Positions 43,969-52,897 of a DNA stretch of 64,000 nt are shown here, one piece after another. Positions within the stretch are counted from its first letter, which is position 1. Each line of letters opens with the position of its first letter. The translations under genes and the position numbers were made by a program. The stretch lies in the NCBI GenBank assembly GCA_964523645.1, contig CAZGAW010000001.1, forward strand, positions 3,305-67,304. Reading direction: 5' to 3'. The stretch is from an uncultured bacterium (GTDB taxonomy: Bacteria; Poribacteria; WGA-4E; WGA-3G). A model generated the notes under the pieces. It searched no databases, was not told where the DNA came from, and was given only the letters and a program-made list of their open reading frames with translations.

Positions 43969-46900
43969 TCAAGATTGTGGTGTTGTGATGATTAGCCACG
44001 TTACCAGTTCAAAATCGCTGGAATCCTTAGGGGCTTCGGAAGCAACTGGCAGTTTGAAACCGCGGGTGCCGCTTCTCCCGATACTTTTGGATTGCGTCTT
44101 TTGATGGGATCGTGTGATGTGGGCGATAACGGCATTCAGCAATTTGTTGTAGGTTTCCATGTACTTGCCGTGTTGGGTCTCTTGGTCGAATTGGAGACAC
44201 AATTCTGACAATTCATCACTTTTACCGATAGCACAGGTTTCAAACAGGTCCAGCACTTGCTTAGCGTTCGCACACCCATAACGGATGTCGCCGTTTTTAC
44301 GGATGTAGACGGTATAATAGGGGTAGATAGGACTCGGTGTCTTTTTCTCAATATCCGTCGTGGCGTTGCGTTGCTGGAGGAAGAAGATGACACCGGTTTC
44401 TGTCGGACTGTTTTCGTTGGTCGTGACGGCATAAGCCCCTTTCGGTGTGGCTTCTAATTCGGCTCTATTTCTTTCGAGATACTTTAGCAACTGTGCAAAG
44501 AAATAATCAAACGTAAAATCGCTCATGACAACGCCATCAGAGAGATCGTCGAGGTCTAAAACATCTTCACGGAGTTGTTTCAACTGTTCGTCCCGAAAAT
44601 TGAGTTCCATCTGTGCTTGTTCATAGGTAAACTCGTTCAATGGGTCGTCATCACCACTGGCGGCTGTATCGGCGAGTGCCATACGGGATTCTACACGGCT
44701 TTGTAAACGGAGGTAAACCTCCATGTCTTCGGTGGGCCAGTAGTTAATCATTTTCACCGTTGCGTTACGGCTCCCGATTCGGTCGATACGTCCAAAACGT
44801 TGGATGATACGGACGGGATTCCAGTGGATGTCGTAGTTCAGCACGGTATCGCAGTCCTGAAGGTTCTGCCCTTCTGAGATGCAATCTGTAGCGATGAGTA
44901 CGTCTATTTCGTCAGCGGCGCTGTTTTTCTGAGTCCGTGCCTTTGGCGCGAAATTGTTTAAGGTGACATTGAATTTGTTTTGTGTGTCGTTTCCTGACAC
45001 CATTTCCACCTTCAGTTTTAATTCTGCTGCGAGGTCTGATAGGTTTTCATAGAGGTAGTCGGCTGTATCTTTAAAGGTTGTGAAAACGAGTACCTTGCGA
45101 TTGATTTTCCCGTCTTTGTCGGTCGTTGGGTTTTGTGCCTTATTCCTGATATGCGCTTTGATTGCCTTGAGTTTGCCGTCCCTTTCGGGCGTAATGGCTT
45201 TGACGTTATCCCACGCCGCGGTCAATGTCTGTTTGTCCTTGATGAGATCTTTTTTCCAACGGATGCAATCCAATTCGCGAAGATGATACGGGTTGCGTGC
45301 TCGGTTTACCAAAAACTCCTCATCGTCTTCGTCATCATCGGGGAGAACGTCCGCTTCCGCGTCCTGTGTACGCGGGTTTTGCTCATATCGGTCAATCTTC
45401 TCGAGCATATCATCAATTTTGCCGATGGTGCGTTCAAGTGTTTTCGAGAGCGAGTGTGCGGAACTTTCCAAACGTTTGAGGAAGTTGGTCTGCATCATGC
45501 CGATAAGGAATCGCTCGCGGTCTGCTTGGTTGAAACGGAATTTCTGTTTCTCATCTGCTAACCGTTGTTTTGCTGCGCTGCTAATGACATAACTGGACGG
45601 CTGATAGATGGAGAGTGTGAATTCGGCTATCTGGTCTGCCAGTGCCTTATAAGAGAGTTCACCTGTCAAGTCGGTGGGTGGATGGCAATTTTCCGGTTTC
45701 TGTGGTGTCGGAAACTCGCCGATTCTCACCATTTCTTCGGCGTAGAAGGTCTTAATATGTCTTCGGGAACGGGCAATAGAGATGCCACCGAGCAATTGGA
45801 AGAACTCGGCACCGAGTGTTTCCAGCAACTTCGCTTTGTCTTTTTTCCCGTTCTCACCGCCTGTCTCTTCCCATGTCTTGAATTCCTTTTGCGCCTGTCG
45901 CAGCAGTGAACCGATATTACCGATGCCTAAACTTTCTCTGAAGACATCCTCACGCTTTTCGGTCATGAGATAAATCTGATTACGGAGGTCAATGAGCGAT
46001 GTGTTCACGGGTGTCGCCGACAGCATCAGGACCTTTGTTTTTGTGCCTTCTTTGATAACTTCCTCCAGGAGCCGCGTATAGCGACTGTGGCGGACGAAGG
46101 TGCCGTCAGCATCACGCGTCGGTTTCGTGTCGTTGCGAAAATTGTGCGATTCGTCAATCACGACCATATCGAAGTTGCGCCAATTGAAGTTTTCCAAATC
46201 GCCACTATAGCGGGAGAGGTCGGTATGCCATCGCACGGTGTAGCCGAACTTGTCATCGAGGAACGGATTGGTGTCTTGCGAGTTATATGCGGGATAGCGT
46301 GCCCAATTGTCGTGCAGTTTTTTGGGACACAAGACCAACACGCGTTCATTACGCAGTTCAAAGAACTTGATGACCGCGAGTGCAGTGTAGGTTTTTCCTA
46401 ACCCCACGCTATCCGCTAAGATACAGCCGTTGTGCCGTAATAGACGGGCAATCACACTTTTTACGCCCTCTTTCTGAAATTCATACAACGTTTCCCATAT
46501 TTGGGTGTCATACAGATGCGTATCTTCAAGGGTTTGGTCGTTGGTTTTTCGGGTTTCGATCTCGTCTCGGAAGAGTTCGTATAGCGTTTTATAATAGATG
46601 CGTTCTGGGGCGTGATCTTTTCCGATCTGTCCTAATGTAGCGAGGACTTTCTCCTTGACATCTTCAACGAGTTTATCGTCGCTCCAGATTTCGTCAAACC
46701 ACGCTTTTAGATCCTGACGGTCGCGGTTGCTATCCACTTCCAAATTGAGTTCGATGTTGTTGCTATCCTGCGTTAACCCTAAGCCGCGCATGGTAAAGTT
46801 TGAACTACCCATAATCGCCTTTTCAATACCGTTATTGGCGATATGATACATTTTCCCGTGTATCAGATTTGATTCGCGGGTTGTGCGGATTTCCACCTTC

Positions 46901-47232
46901 TCTTGTATCCATTTGGCACACGCTTTGGCAATCGGTTTCTGGCGGAGTTGCTGGTTGAGTGCTAAGCCTGTATCCGTTATGTCAAACGCTTTTTTATCTG
47001 AGTTATTCGGATCCATACGTTTGACAAAATCGGGGTCACCAAAAAGAAAACGGAGCTCCTCTATTTCGTTGAGGGCGTGTTGCATCTTTTCGTAGGCATA
47101 GATGGTGAAGTAGGCGGATACAATGGAGAGTGCGGAACCGTTCTGAATTTCCTGCTGTAAAAAATCGTGAACTGTTTCACGAAGCAGGTTGTCTCGGATG
47201 CCGGATTTTAGAGATGCGTTTTTATTTGACAT
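43969..47232 (-). CDS. Fusion of an N-terminal PLD-like (HKD) nuclease domain and an SNF2-family SF2 helicase/translocase, 1087 aa
   Basis: LIHGKMYHI...GSSNFT (HxK..GSxN, aa 123-147, near nt 46790-46866); ILADSVGLGKT (motif I, near nt 46390-46425); VVIDESHNFRN (motif II, near nt 46129-46161); MLSATPVNTSLIDL (III); LIATDCISEGQNLQ (V); QRFGRIDRIGS (VI, near nt 44770-44802). The C-terminal ~260 aa are unassigned. Confidence 0.9.
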   Translation of the reverse strand: MSNKNASLKSGIRDNLLRETVHDFLQQEIQNGSALSIVSAYFTIYAYEKMQHALNEIEELRFLFGDPDFVKRMDPNNSDKKAFDITDTGLALNQQLRQKPIAKACAKWIQEKVEIRTTRESNLIHGKMYHIANNGIEKAIMGSSNFTMRGLGLTQDSNNIELNLEVDSNRDRQDLKAWFDEIWSDDKLVEDVKEKVLATLGQIGKDHAPERIYYKTLYELFRDEIETRKTNDQTLEDTHLYDTQIWETLYEFQKEGVKSVIARLLRHNGCILADSVGLGKTYTALAVIKFFELRNERVLVLCPKKLHDNWARYPAYNSQDTNPFLDDKFGYTVRWHTDLSRYSGDLENFNWRNFDMVVIDESHNFRNDTKPTRDADGTFVRHSRYTRLLEEVIKEGTKTKVLMLSATPVNTSLIDLRNQIYLMTEKREDVFRESLGIGNIGSLLRQAQKEFKTWEETGGENGKKDKAKLLETLGAEFFQLLGGISIARSRRHIKTFYAEEMVRIGEFPTPQKPENCHPPTDLTGELSYKALADQIAEFTLSIYQPSSYVISSAAKQRLADEKQKFRFNQADRERFLIGMMQTNFLKRLESSAHSLSKTLERTIGKIDDMLEKIDRYEQNPRTQDAEADVLPDDDEDDEEFLVNRARNPYHLRELDCIRWKKDLIKDKQTLTAAWDNVKAITPERDGKLKAIKAHIRNKAQNPTTDKDGKINRKVLVFTTFKDTADYLYENLSDLAAELKLKVEMVSGNDTQNKFNVTLNNFAPKARTQKNSAADEIDVLIATDCISEGQNLQDCDTVLNYDIHWNPVRIIQRFGRIDRIGSRNATVKMINYWPTEDMEVYLRLQSRVESRMALADTAASGDDDPLNEFTYEQAQMELNFRDEQLKQLREDVLDLDDLSDGVVMSDFTFDYFFAQLLKYLERNRAELEATPKGAYAVTTNENSPTETGVIFFLQQRNATTDIEKKTPSPIYPYYTVYIRKNGDIRYGCANAKQVLDLFETCAIGKSDELSELCLQFDQETQHGKYMETYNKLLNAVIAHITRSHQKTQSKSIGRSGTRGFKLPVASEAPKDSSDFELVTWLIITTPQS

Positions 47233-47284
47233 AGATGCCTTTGGTTATAAACAGTAGGCGAGGTTAGAATGATTCTTCAAAAGT

Positions 47285-47902
47285 CTAATCAGGAAATGTG
47301 ACGCGTTCGTAGATTTCCTGCAAAGGGAGTTCGCATTGGATGGCGGTGAGTGGCAAAACATCCTCAAGTTCTTGGAAATCGGTGAAAATCCAGTCCTTCC
47401 CGGGAACGGATGCAGCCCCGTGTTTTTCTTGGCAGCGATAGTGTTCAACAAGCACCTTGTTTTGGGCAACGAGGACGTATTCTTGTAATGATGCGAGTTG
47501 TCGGTAGTGGGCGAATTTTTCGCGTCGATCATACACTTCAGTCGAAGGTGAGAGCACTTCTACCAGGATAATGGGGTTGAGAAGTGTGTCGAAGACATCA
47601 TCTTCAAAGCGCGGCTCTTCGCAAACGACAACGACATCTGGGTAGAAGTAGGAGGTTGTCGTAGGTGTGCTCACGCGCATCTCGTTGGCATAGGTTTCAC
47701 ATCTGCTGCCTCTTAATAAAGTGCGGAACTCACCAAATATATTCCCTGTAATGAGATTATGGGCGCGGCTTGCCCCGGACATCGCGATTAACTCGCCGTT
47801 TATGTACTCATGCCTGATTATTTCAGCGTCTGGAAGAAATTTGCGTTCAAAAGCGATGTATTCCGCGGCGGTAAGGCGTGTATGTACTGCAGGGGTTGCC
47901 AT
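47285..47902 (-). CDS. Uma2-family (DUF820) PD-(D/E)xK endonuclease
   Basis: LTAAEYIAFER...HEYINGELIAMSGASRAHN...PDVVVV...ILVEVLSPST..YDRREKF..Y is the hallmark pattern. I chose the start MATPAVHT because GGAGG lies 6 nt upstream. Confidence 0.85.
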   Translation of the reverse strand: MATPAVHTRLTAAEYIAFERKFLPDAEIIRHEYINGELIAMSGASRAHNLITGNIFGEFRTLLRGSRCETYANEMRVSTPTTTSYFYPDVVVVCEEPRFEDDVFDTLLNPIILVEVLSPSTEVYDRREKFAHYRQLASLQEYVLVAQNKVLVEHYRCQEKHGAASVPGKDWIFTDFQELEDVLPLTAIQCELPLQEIYERVTFPD

Positions 47903-48025
47903 GATGTCCTCCAGTAGTTTGTTGATAATTTCCATTATAGCGTAACGCCGAGAGACTGTCAAGGGTAATAGAGGTATTCACATAGCCATTTAGTCTTCGG
48001 TTTTCAATCCGTTTTGTGCTGGGTG

Positions 48026-48052
48026 TTGGGAATCGGAGATCCCTCCTATTAT
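48026..48052 (-). repeat. REP-like unit (GGGAATCGGAGATCCC + TCCTA)
   Basis: gttGGGAATCGGAGATCCCTCCTAtt. This is the reverse-complement relative of the 17049 and 17208 units. Confidence 0.4.
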
Positions 48053-48169
48053 TATACCATTTCTAAAAGTTTATATGGCATTAACCGACTTTAGCGCGCA
48101 GACTCACAGTCTATACCACAAGAAAGCACAAACTAACAGTTTATGCTACAATTTCAATCAGAAATGGTA

Positions 48170-48250
48170 TTAGTAATCAGTTATCAGGTATAAGAGATTT
48201 TGACGACATCAGCGTTTCTTTAACTGATTGCTGATCGCTGATTGCTGACG
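48170..48250. repeat. Hairpin with CAGT/CTGA-rich arms and a conserved loop (family copy 2)
   Basis: The loop tataagagattttgacgacatcagcgtttctttaa is about 90% identical to 344-378. The arms differ from copy 1 but keep their pairing potential, with several T-to-C differences that would be G-U pairs on the plus strand. Confidence 0.55.
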
Positions 48251-48282
48251 GCTAATATTCGTGTTTTTGCTGGAGTGTTTCC

Positions 48283-48315
48283 CCTAGGAATCGGAGTTCC
48301 GTCCTACAGAAGAAC
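48283..48315 (-). repeat. REP-like unit (GGAATCGGAGTTCC + gtCCTACAGAA)
   Basis: ctaGGAATCGGAGTTCCgtCCTACAGAAgaac. On the minus strand this is a TTCTGTAGG head plus a palindrome. Confidence 0.45.
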
Positions 48316-48419
48316 TAAGTGCTCCTATATTTTCTGTATACATCTTCTCAATTTGTGGTATACTATTACGAAAACTGAAAGCGTTCTGCTGTTTGTAGTG
48401 CTATTTGAAGGAGATTTGC

Positions 48420-49388
48420 ATGAGTACAGAAAGAAAATGGGACGGTTCAATTGTTCGTTATCCGGATCCGGCGATTGAGGTGCTGGACCCACGTTTCGGG
48501 GAATATAAGATTGGCAACTCGGTTGTCGAACGACTGTGGACGGGATCGCGCTGGGCGGAAGGCCCCGTCTGGTTCGGCGATGGCGGCTATCTGCTCTGGA
48601 GCGATATTCCGAACAATCGGATTCTGAAATGGGAAGAATCTACCGGCGAAGTAAGCGTCTACCGTAAACCGTCCAACTATAGCAATGGACACACCCGCGA
48701 TCGGCAAGGGAGACTCATCAGTTGCGAGCACGGGGCACGACGTGTCACACGTACGGAGTATGATGGGACAATTACCGTGCTGATGGACAGTTTTGACGGG
48801 AAACCGCTTAATGCACCAAACGATGTAGCCGTCCATCCTGATGGCGGCATCTGGTTTACCGATCCCGGATACGGTATCATGCTCAACTATGAAGGACATA
48901 TCGCCGAGTTTGAATTGCCAACCCGCGTTTATCGACTCAATCCAGATACAGAGGAAGCAACCGTCGTGATAGAGGAACTCGAAAAACCGAACGGCATCTG
49001 CTTTTCACCGGATTATGAGAAACTCTATGTCGTTGATACTGGGGTTACGCATAAAGAGGGAACGCCACGACATCTCTTCGTCTATGATGTGATAAACGGC
49101 GAGACCTTAGGAGAACAAGAAGTGTTCTGCGATATGGCACCCGGTATTGCTGATGGTATTCGGTGTGATGTTGATGGAAACCTGTGGGCGAGTGCCGGTT
49201 GGGTTGGCGACGGATACGATGGCGTGCATGTGTTCGCACCCGACGGAACACGTATCGGGCAAATTCATCTCCCAGAAATTTGTGCAAACCTCTGCTTCGG
49301 TGGTGTGAAAAGAAACAGACTGTTTATGATGGGTAGCCAGTCTCTCTACGCAGTTTATGTAGAAGCGCAAGGCGTGCCGTTATTTTAG
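48420..49388 (+). CDS. SMP-30/gluconolactonase/LRE-family hydrolase
   Basis: EGPVWF..GGYLLWSDIPNNRILKW, NGHT.D.QGRL..CEH, PNDV.V..DG.IWFTDP and PNG..FSPD.. are six-bladed propeller signatures. The start is taken at MSTERKW. Confidence 0.85.
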   Translation: MSTERKWDGSIVRYPDPAIEVLDPRFGEYKIGNSVVERLWTGSRWAEGPVWFGDGGYLLWSDIPNNRILKWEESTGEVSVYRKPSNYSNGHTRDRQGRLISCEHGARRVTRTEYDGTITVLMDSFDGKPLNAPNDVAVHPDGGIWFTDPGYGIMLNYEGHIAEFELPTRVYRLNPDTEEATVVIEELEKPNGICFSPDYEKLYVVDTGVTHKEGTPRHLFVYDVINGETLGEQEVFCDMAPGIADGIRCDVDGNLWASAGWVGDGYDGVHVFAPDGTRIGQIHLPEICANLCFGGVKRNRLFMMGSQSLYAVYVEAQGVPLF

Positions 49389-49417
49389 TCGGGATTACAA
49401 ATCCCTCCTACAGAATC
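49388..49417 (-). repeat. REP-like unit abutting a start codon (GGGATT-aca-AATCCC + tCCTACAGAAtc-ATG)
   Basis: It fills the whole 29-nt gap between the gluconolactonase stop and the methyltransferase ATG. Confidence 0.45.
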
Positions 49418-50236
49418 ATGAACACAGGCAATCTCGAACATATCAATTGTCCAATTTGCGAGCGGAACGAAACGAAGGAACTTTTCAATAAGGATACCTT
49501 ATCGGTCGTCGTCTGTAAGCGATGCCGATTGCGCTATGTGAATCCGCGGATAAATCGTCAGACGCTTGAGCAGGGGTATATTGAGACCTACTATCCAGAG
49601 GATAAAGTCGAACGCATCCATACGGACAGCATGGAATGGTTGCAAATGACGGAGCGTCTAACTGAATTGGAGAGACAACGTCAGGATAAGGGACGACTTT
49701 TAGATGTCGGTTGTGGGATCGGGACCTTCCTCCACCTGGCGCGCGAACACGGCTGGGAATCGCACGGCGTTGATCCGTCTAAGAGTGGAAGTGCCTTCGC
49801 GCAAGAGATACATAAATTGGATGTGAAGTGCGGAGAGGTATTTGATGCGGATTTTCCAGCTGCCCACTTCGATGCGATTACACTCTACCATGTGTTAGAG
49901 CATATACCCGAATTAAATCCCTTTCTCAGTGAATTGCGACGAGTTTTGAAGCCGCAGACAGGGACGCTTGTCATTGAAGTACCGAACGGTGAGGGTTTGC
50001 AGAGCCGTCTCCAGAAAGCAGATTGGCCCTACGTCCATCCGCACGATCACCTTTACTATTTCTCTGCGCATTCCTTACCAAGATTACTGCGAAAGCACGG
50101 TTTTCGCAACATTACGTTAGGGAAACCGAAACGCGTTAGCCAGACAACCGGCGTCGGTTTCGCGTTTCGTCAAGCAGCGACTGCTGCTTTAGTTCAGTTA
50201 CATTTAGGCACGGTAATCCGCGTGTATGCCAGTTAG
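49418..50236 (+). CDS. Class I SAM-dependent methyltransferase with an N-terminal zinc ribbon
   Basis: CPICE...CKRCRL (CxxC x2), then LLDVGCGIGTF (motif I) and LKPQTGTLVIEVPN. Confidence 0.8.
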   Translation: MNTGNLEHINCPICERNETKELFNKDTLSVVVCKRCRLRYVNPRINRQTLEQGYIETYYPEDKVERIHTDSMEWLQMTERLTELERQRQDKGRLLDVGCGIGTFLHLAREHGWESHGVDPSKSGSAFAQEIHKLDVKCGEVFDADFPAAHFDAITLYHVLEHIPELNPFLSELRRVLKPQTGTLVIEVPNGEGLQSRLQKADWPYVHPHDHLYYFSAHSLPRLLRKHGFRNITLGKPKRVSQTTGVGFAFRQAATAALVQLHLGTVIRVYAS

Positions 50237-50246
50237 TAGATATGGA

Positions 50247-50714
50247 TTATGAGTGAGGCTCCTGATAAGAGAACGTTTGAATAACCTCGTTCATGAGCAA
50301 CCGCTGGGCAATCGTCTCAAGCACTTCTGCATTCAGGATGCCTGCGAACCAATATTTATGTCCTGTGTAAACGGCAGTGACCCCAGTGATGCCTAAGTCT
50401 TCGATGCCTTTAACGGTACTGGCACCAACTGCGTCGGTAACACCCAGCTTGAATTGCACCTCAAGCGTCCAATCCGTCTCGGTATCCTTTTCGGACCCAC
50501 AGGCGTAAGTTTGTGTAATAGGATCGGCGAGGAGTTCAGTGCCAATTCGGTCAATAGTTTGTGCGTCAAGGGAGCCTTCGATCCAGTAAACCGCGGCTGT
50601 ACGCACAGCATCGATGCCGTTAATACCGAGATCGGCTATATCTTCAAGAATACCTTGTCCGACGGTATCAGTGACTTCAGGTTTGTAGTAAACTTCAACT
50701 TTCCAAGTGTTCAT
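50247..50714 (-). CDS. Tandem PurS-like domain protein (FGAM-synthase PurS subunit-like x2)
   Basis: Two ~75-aa repeats fit the pattern V.V..KP.VTD..G..I...I.DLGI.G...V.....YW..G.L.....I......LL.....Q.Y. I chose the start MNTWKVEVYY (aa 47 of the track ORF). Confidence 0.6.
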   Translation of the reverse strand: MNTWKVEVYYKPEVTDTVGQGILEDIADLGINGIDAVRTAAVYWIEGSLDAQTIDRIGTELLADPITQTYACGSEKDTETDWTLEVQFKLGVTDAVGASTVKGIEDLGITGVTAVYTGHKYWFAGILNAEVLETIAQRLLMNEVIQTFSYQEPHS

Positions 50715-50812
50715 AGTGTTGATTTTGTTGTTGTTCCTGTGAAGAAGGAGCGGTGCACTTCCAAAGTACTTATTAGGAGTGCAGCCCGTATAATTTTGTT
50801 GGAAAACGAAAA

Positions 50813-51637
50813 ATGTCAAAAAAACAGATAAATGTCTTGGTTTTCGGTGCACATCCCGATGATTGTGATATTAAAGCGGGAGGTGTCGCTGCCTTATATG
50901 TACAGCAGGGACATCGTGTTAAATTTGTCTCTGTTACGAACGGTGATGCTGGACACCACGAAATGGGTGGTGCTCCTTTGGCACAACGCCGATATGCCGA
51001 AGCGCAAGCCGCTGCTGAAGTTATCGGCATTGAATACGAATTGCTGGACAATCACGATGGCGAACTTATGCCGACGTTGGAAAATCGGTATAAGGTTATC
51101 CGCACAATTCGTGAATTCCGTCCAGATTTAATTATGACCCACCGTCCCAATGATTATCATCCAGACCATCGATATACGTCAACTTTGGTACAGGACGCAG
51201 CTTATATGGTTACCGTACCGAATATCTGCGCCCTCACACCACATTTGAGGGAAAACCCCGTTATTGCCTATTTGAGCGATGGTTTCATGAAGCCCTATCC
51301 GTTCACGCCGGATGTCGTTGTTGGCATTGATGCTGTCATTGAACAGAAGATTAATATGCTTCACTGTCACGTATCCCAATTTTACGAGTGGCTTCCTTAC
51401 AACGGCGGTACATTAGATAGTGTTCCTGCCGATGCTTCGGCACGACATGCCTGGCTTGCCGAACGCTTGAAAAACCGTTTCCAAGATGTCGCCGAGAGGC
51501 ATCGCGATTTGCTAATAATACGCTATGGTGAAGAAGTAGGCGCACAGATCAAATATGCTGAGGCATTTGAAGGCTGCGAGTACGGTTCGTCACTAACAGC
51601 AGAAAATATCCCAATCCTCTTTCCGTTTTTTGAATAA
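50813..51637 (+). CDS. PIG-L/LmbE-family N-acetylglucosaminyl deacetylase
   Basis: VLVFGAHPDDCDIKAGG and HPDH motifs. 274 aa. Confidence 0.8.
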   Translation: MSKKQINVLVFGAHPDDCDIKAGGVAALYVQQGHRVKFVSVTNGDAGHHEMGGAPLAQRRYAEAQAAAEVIGIEYELLDNHDGELMPTLENRYKVIRTIREFRPDLIMTHRPNDYHPDHRYTSTLVQDAAYMVTVPNICALTPHLRENPVIAYLSDGFMKPYPFTPDVVVGIDAVIEQKINMLHCHVSQFYEWLPYNGGTLDSVPADASARHAWLAERLKNRFQDVAERHRDLLIIRYGEEVGAQIKYAEAFEGCEYGSSLTAENIPILFPFFE

Positions 51638-51656
51638 GGAGTCTCGTTTTAACGAT

Positions 51657-52040
51657 ATGCCAACAGAACAAGCCAGTGCCAGGACGCTTTTTGTTATTGT
51701 CAGCGTTATTGGTTTAATCTATGCGATTGTTATGATCATTCTTTTTTTTAACGCTGCGCCTGCGCGTTCCAACATTGAGGAGCATCGCGCTTCAGATGAA
51801 GCCGTTGAATGCCTGAAGTGCCACTTAAGAGGCGACGAGAAATCGCCAACGATGCCGCATCTCAATCTGGGTCGGTGCAATCTCTGCCACGGGTTATCGA
51901 AGGAAGAACCACGAGATAGTCAAGTAGGGGCGAGGCAACCTAACCTTTACGGCATATCAACGGAGCGGAGTCGAGCTTTAATTCCTATCCAAGTGATATT
52001 GTCTTCTGCTTCAGGCACAACTTCAAGGCATTCAAATTGA
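51657..52040 (+). CDS. Small membrane-anchored putative dihaem c-type cytochrome
   Basis: One TM helix (LFVIVSVIGLIYAIVMIILFF) followed by two CxxCH motifs (CLKCH, CNLCH). The last ~94 nt overlap the 3' end of the convergent prmA. The start is taken at MPTEQ, after an AAGGAG. Confidence 0.45.
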   Translation: MPTEQASARTLFVIVSVIGLIYAIVMIILFFNAAPARSNIEEHRASDEAVECLKCHLRGDEKSPTMPHLNLGRCNLCHGLSKEEPRDSQVGARQPNLYGISTERSRALIPIQVILSSASGTTSRHSN

Positions 52041-52852
52041 TTTGCCGCTAAAGTCGATTGAACTTGTGCAAGTTCAGTCTCCAAAATCCCAGAAAAAATG
52101 ACAATTCCTTCGGGATGCAATCGCGGCGCACAGTTCGGAATGATCGGGAGAATCGCTTTCGTTAGAATATTCCCAATGATAAGATGGTATTTGCTGTCTA
52201 CACCCTTGAGTCCATCGCCTTCGGACAAGTCTACCTGTGGTGACACATCGTTTGCCTGAAAGTTCGCTGCCGCAACAGGAATAGCAGTCGGATCAAGTTC
52301 AATCGCATCAACGTGTTTCGCGCCTAACTTGATAGCGGCAATTGTTAAGATGCCGGAACCTGTTCCGATGTCAGCAATATGATAATGCTGTTCGACGGTG
52401 CATTCCAGTAATTCAAGGGAGAGTCGTGTCGTTGGATGGTAACCTGTACCGAACGCCATACCCGGATCCAGCTGAATTAATATTTCCGTTTCGCTGTAGG
52501 AAACATCGCCCCACGTAGGTGCGATAACAATCCTTTTGCCGACACGCTGCGGTGGAAAGGCGGATTTCCATGCATCCTCCCACTTCTCGGATTTGATATG
52601 TTTTAAATCAATCGTTGCAGGATGTGGTTGGATACCCCATGTTGGGAGTTCCGCAAGGAAGTCTCGGAGTTTCTGCATCCGTGCGCCAACCCTGTCATCT
52701 AAAGGATAGTGGGCGATAAGGTTTACTGTCGATGCATCGTTATCCTTGAGTTCAACGCCGGTTGCATTTAATTCAAAGAGAAAGTGCGCGACGGCTTCAG
52801 ACGCCTCTTGAGAGGTGGTTACTGTGATTCTTGCCCAGTCCATGTTTGCCAC
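51947..52852 (-). CDS. prmA: Ribosomal protein L11 methyltransferase
   Basis: PrmA N-terminal domain followed by DIGTGSGILTIAA (motif I), and its position downstream of dnaJ. Confidence 0.85.
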   Translation of the reverse strand: MANMDWARITVTTSQEASEAVAHFLFELNATGVELKDNDASTVNLIAHYPLDDRVGARMQKLRDFLAELPTWGIQPHPATIDLKHIKSEKWEDAWKSAFPPQRVGKRIVIAPTWGDVSYSETEILIQLDPGMAFGTGYHPTTRLSLELLECTVEQHYHIADIGTGSGILTIAAIKLGAKHVDAIELDPTAIPVAAANFQANDVSPQVDLSEGDGLKGVDSKYHLIIGNILTKAILPIIPNCAPRLHPEGIVIFSGILETELAQVQSTLAANQFECLEVVPEAEDNITWIGIKARLRSVDMP

Positions 52853-52868
52853 GTTTATGTGTTGGCTT

Positions 52869-52897
52869 TCTGTAGGGGCTGGGTAACCCAGGCCCTA
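52869..52897 (+). repeat. REP-like element (tcTGTAGG head + GGGCTGGG-taa-CCCAGGCCC) filling the dnaJ-prmA spacer
   Basis: Read directly from the sequence. It ends exactly at the dnaJ stop codon (52898-52900), and its stem is related to 16989-17008. Confidence 0.55.

Noticed and set aside
39173-47232. Calling the locus BREX, canonical DISARM or Type I R-M
   Set aside because: There is no PglZ/BrxC/BrxA/BrxB, no DrmA/DrmB (DUF1998) and no HsdS/HsdR in or next to the island. The only shared elements are the PglX-like MTase architecture and the SNF2/PLD domains.
47245-47532. 95-aa ORF overlapping the Uma2 gene in another frame
   Set aside because: It overlaps a well-supported Uma2 CDS on the same strand and has no motifs and no RBS.
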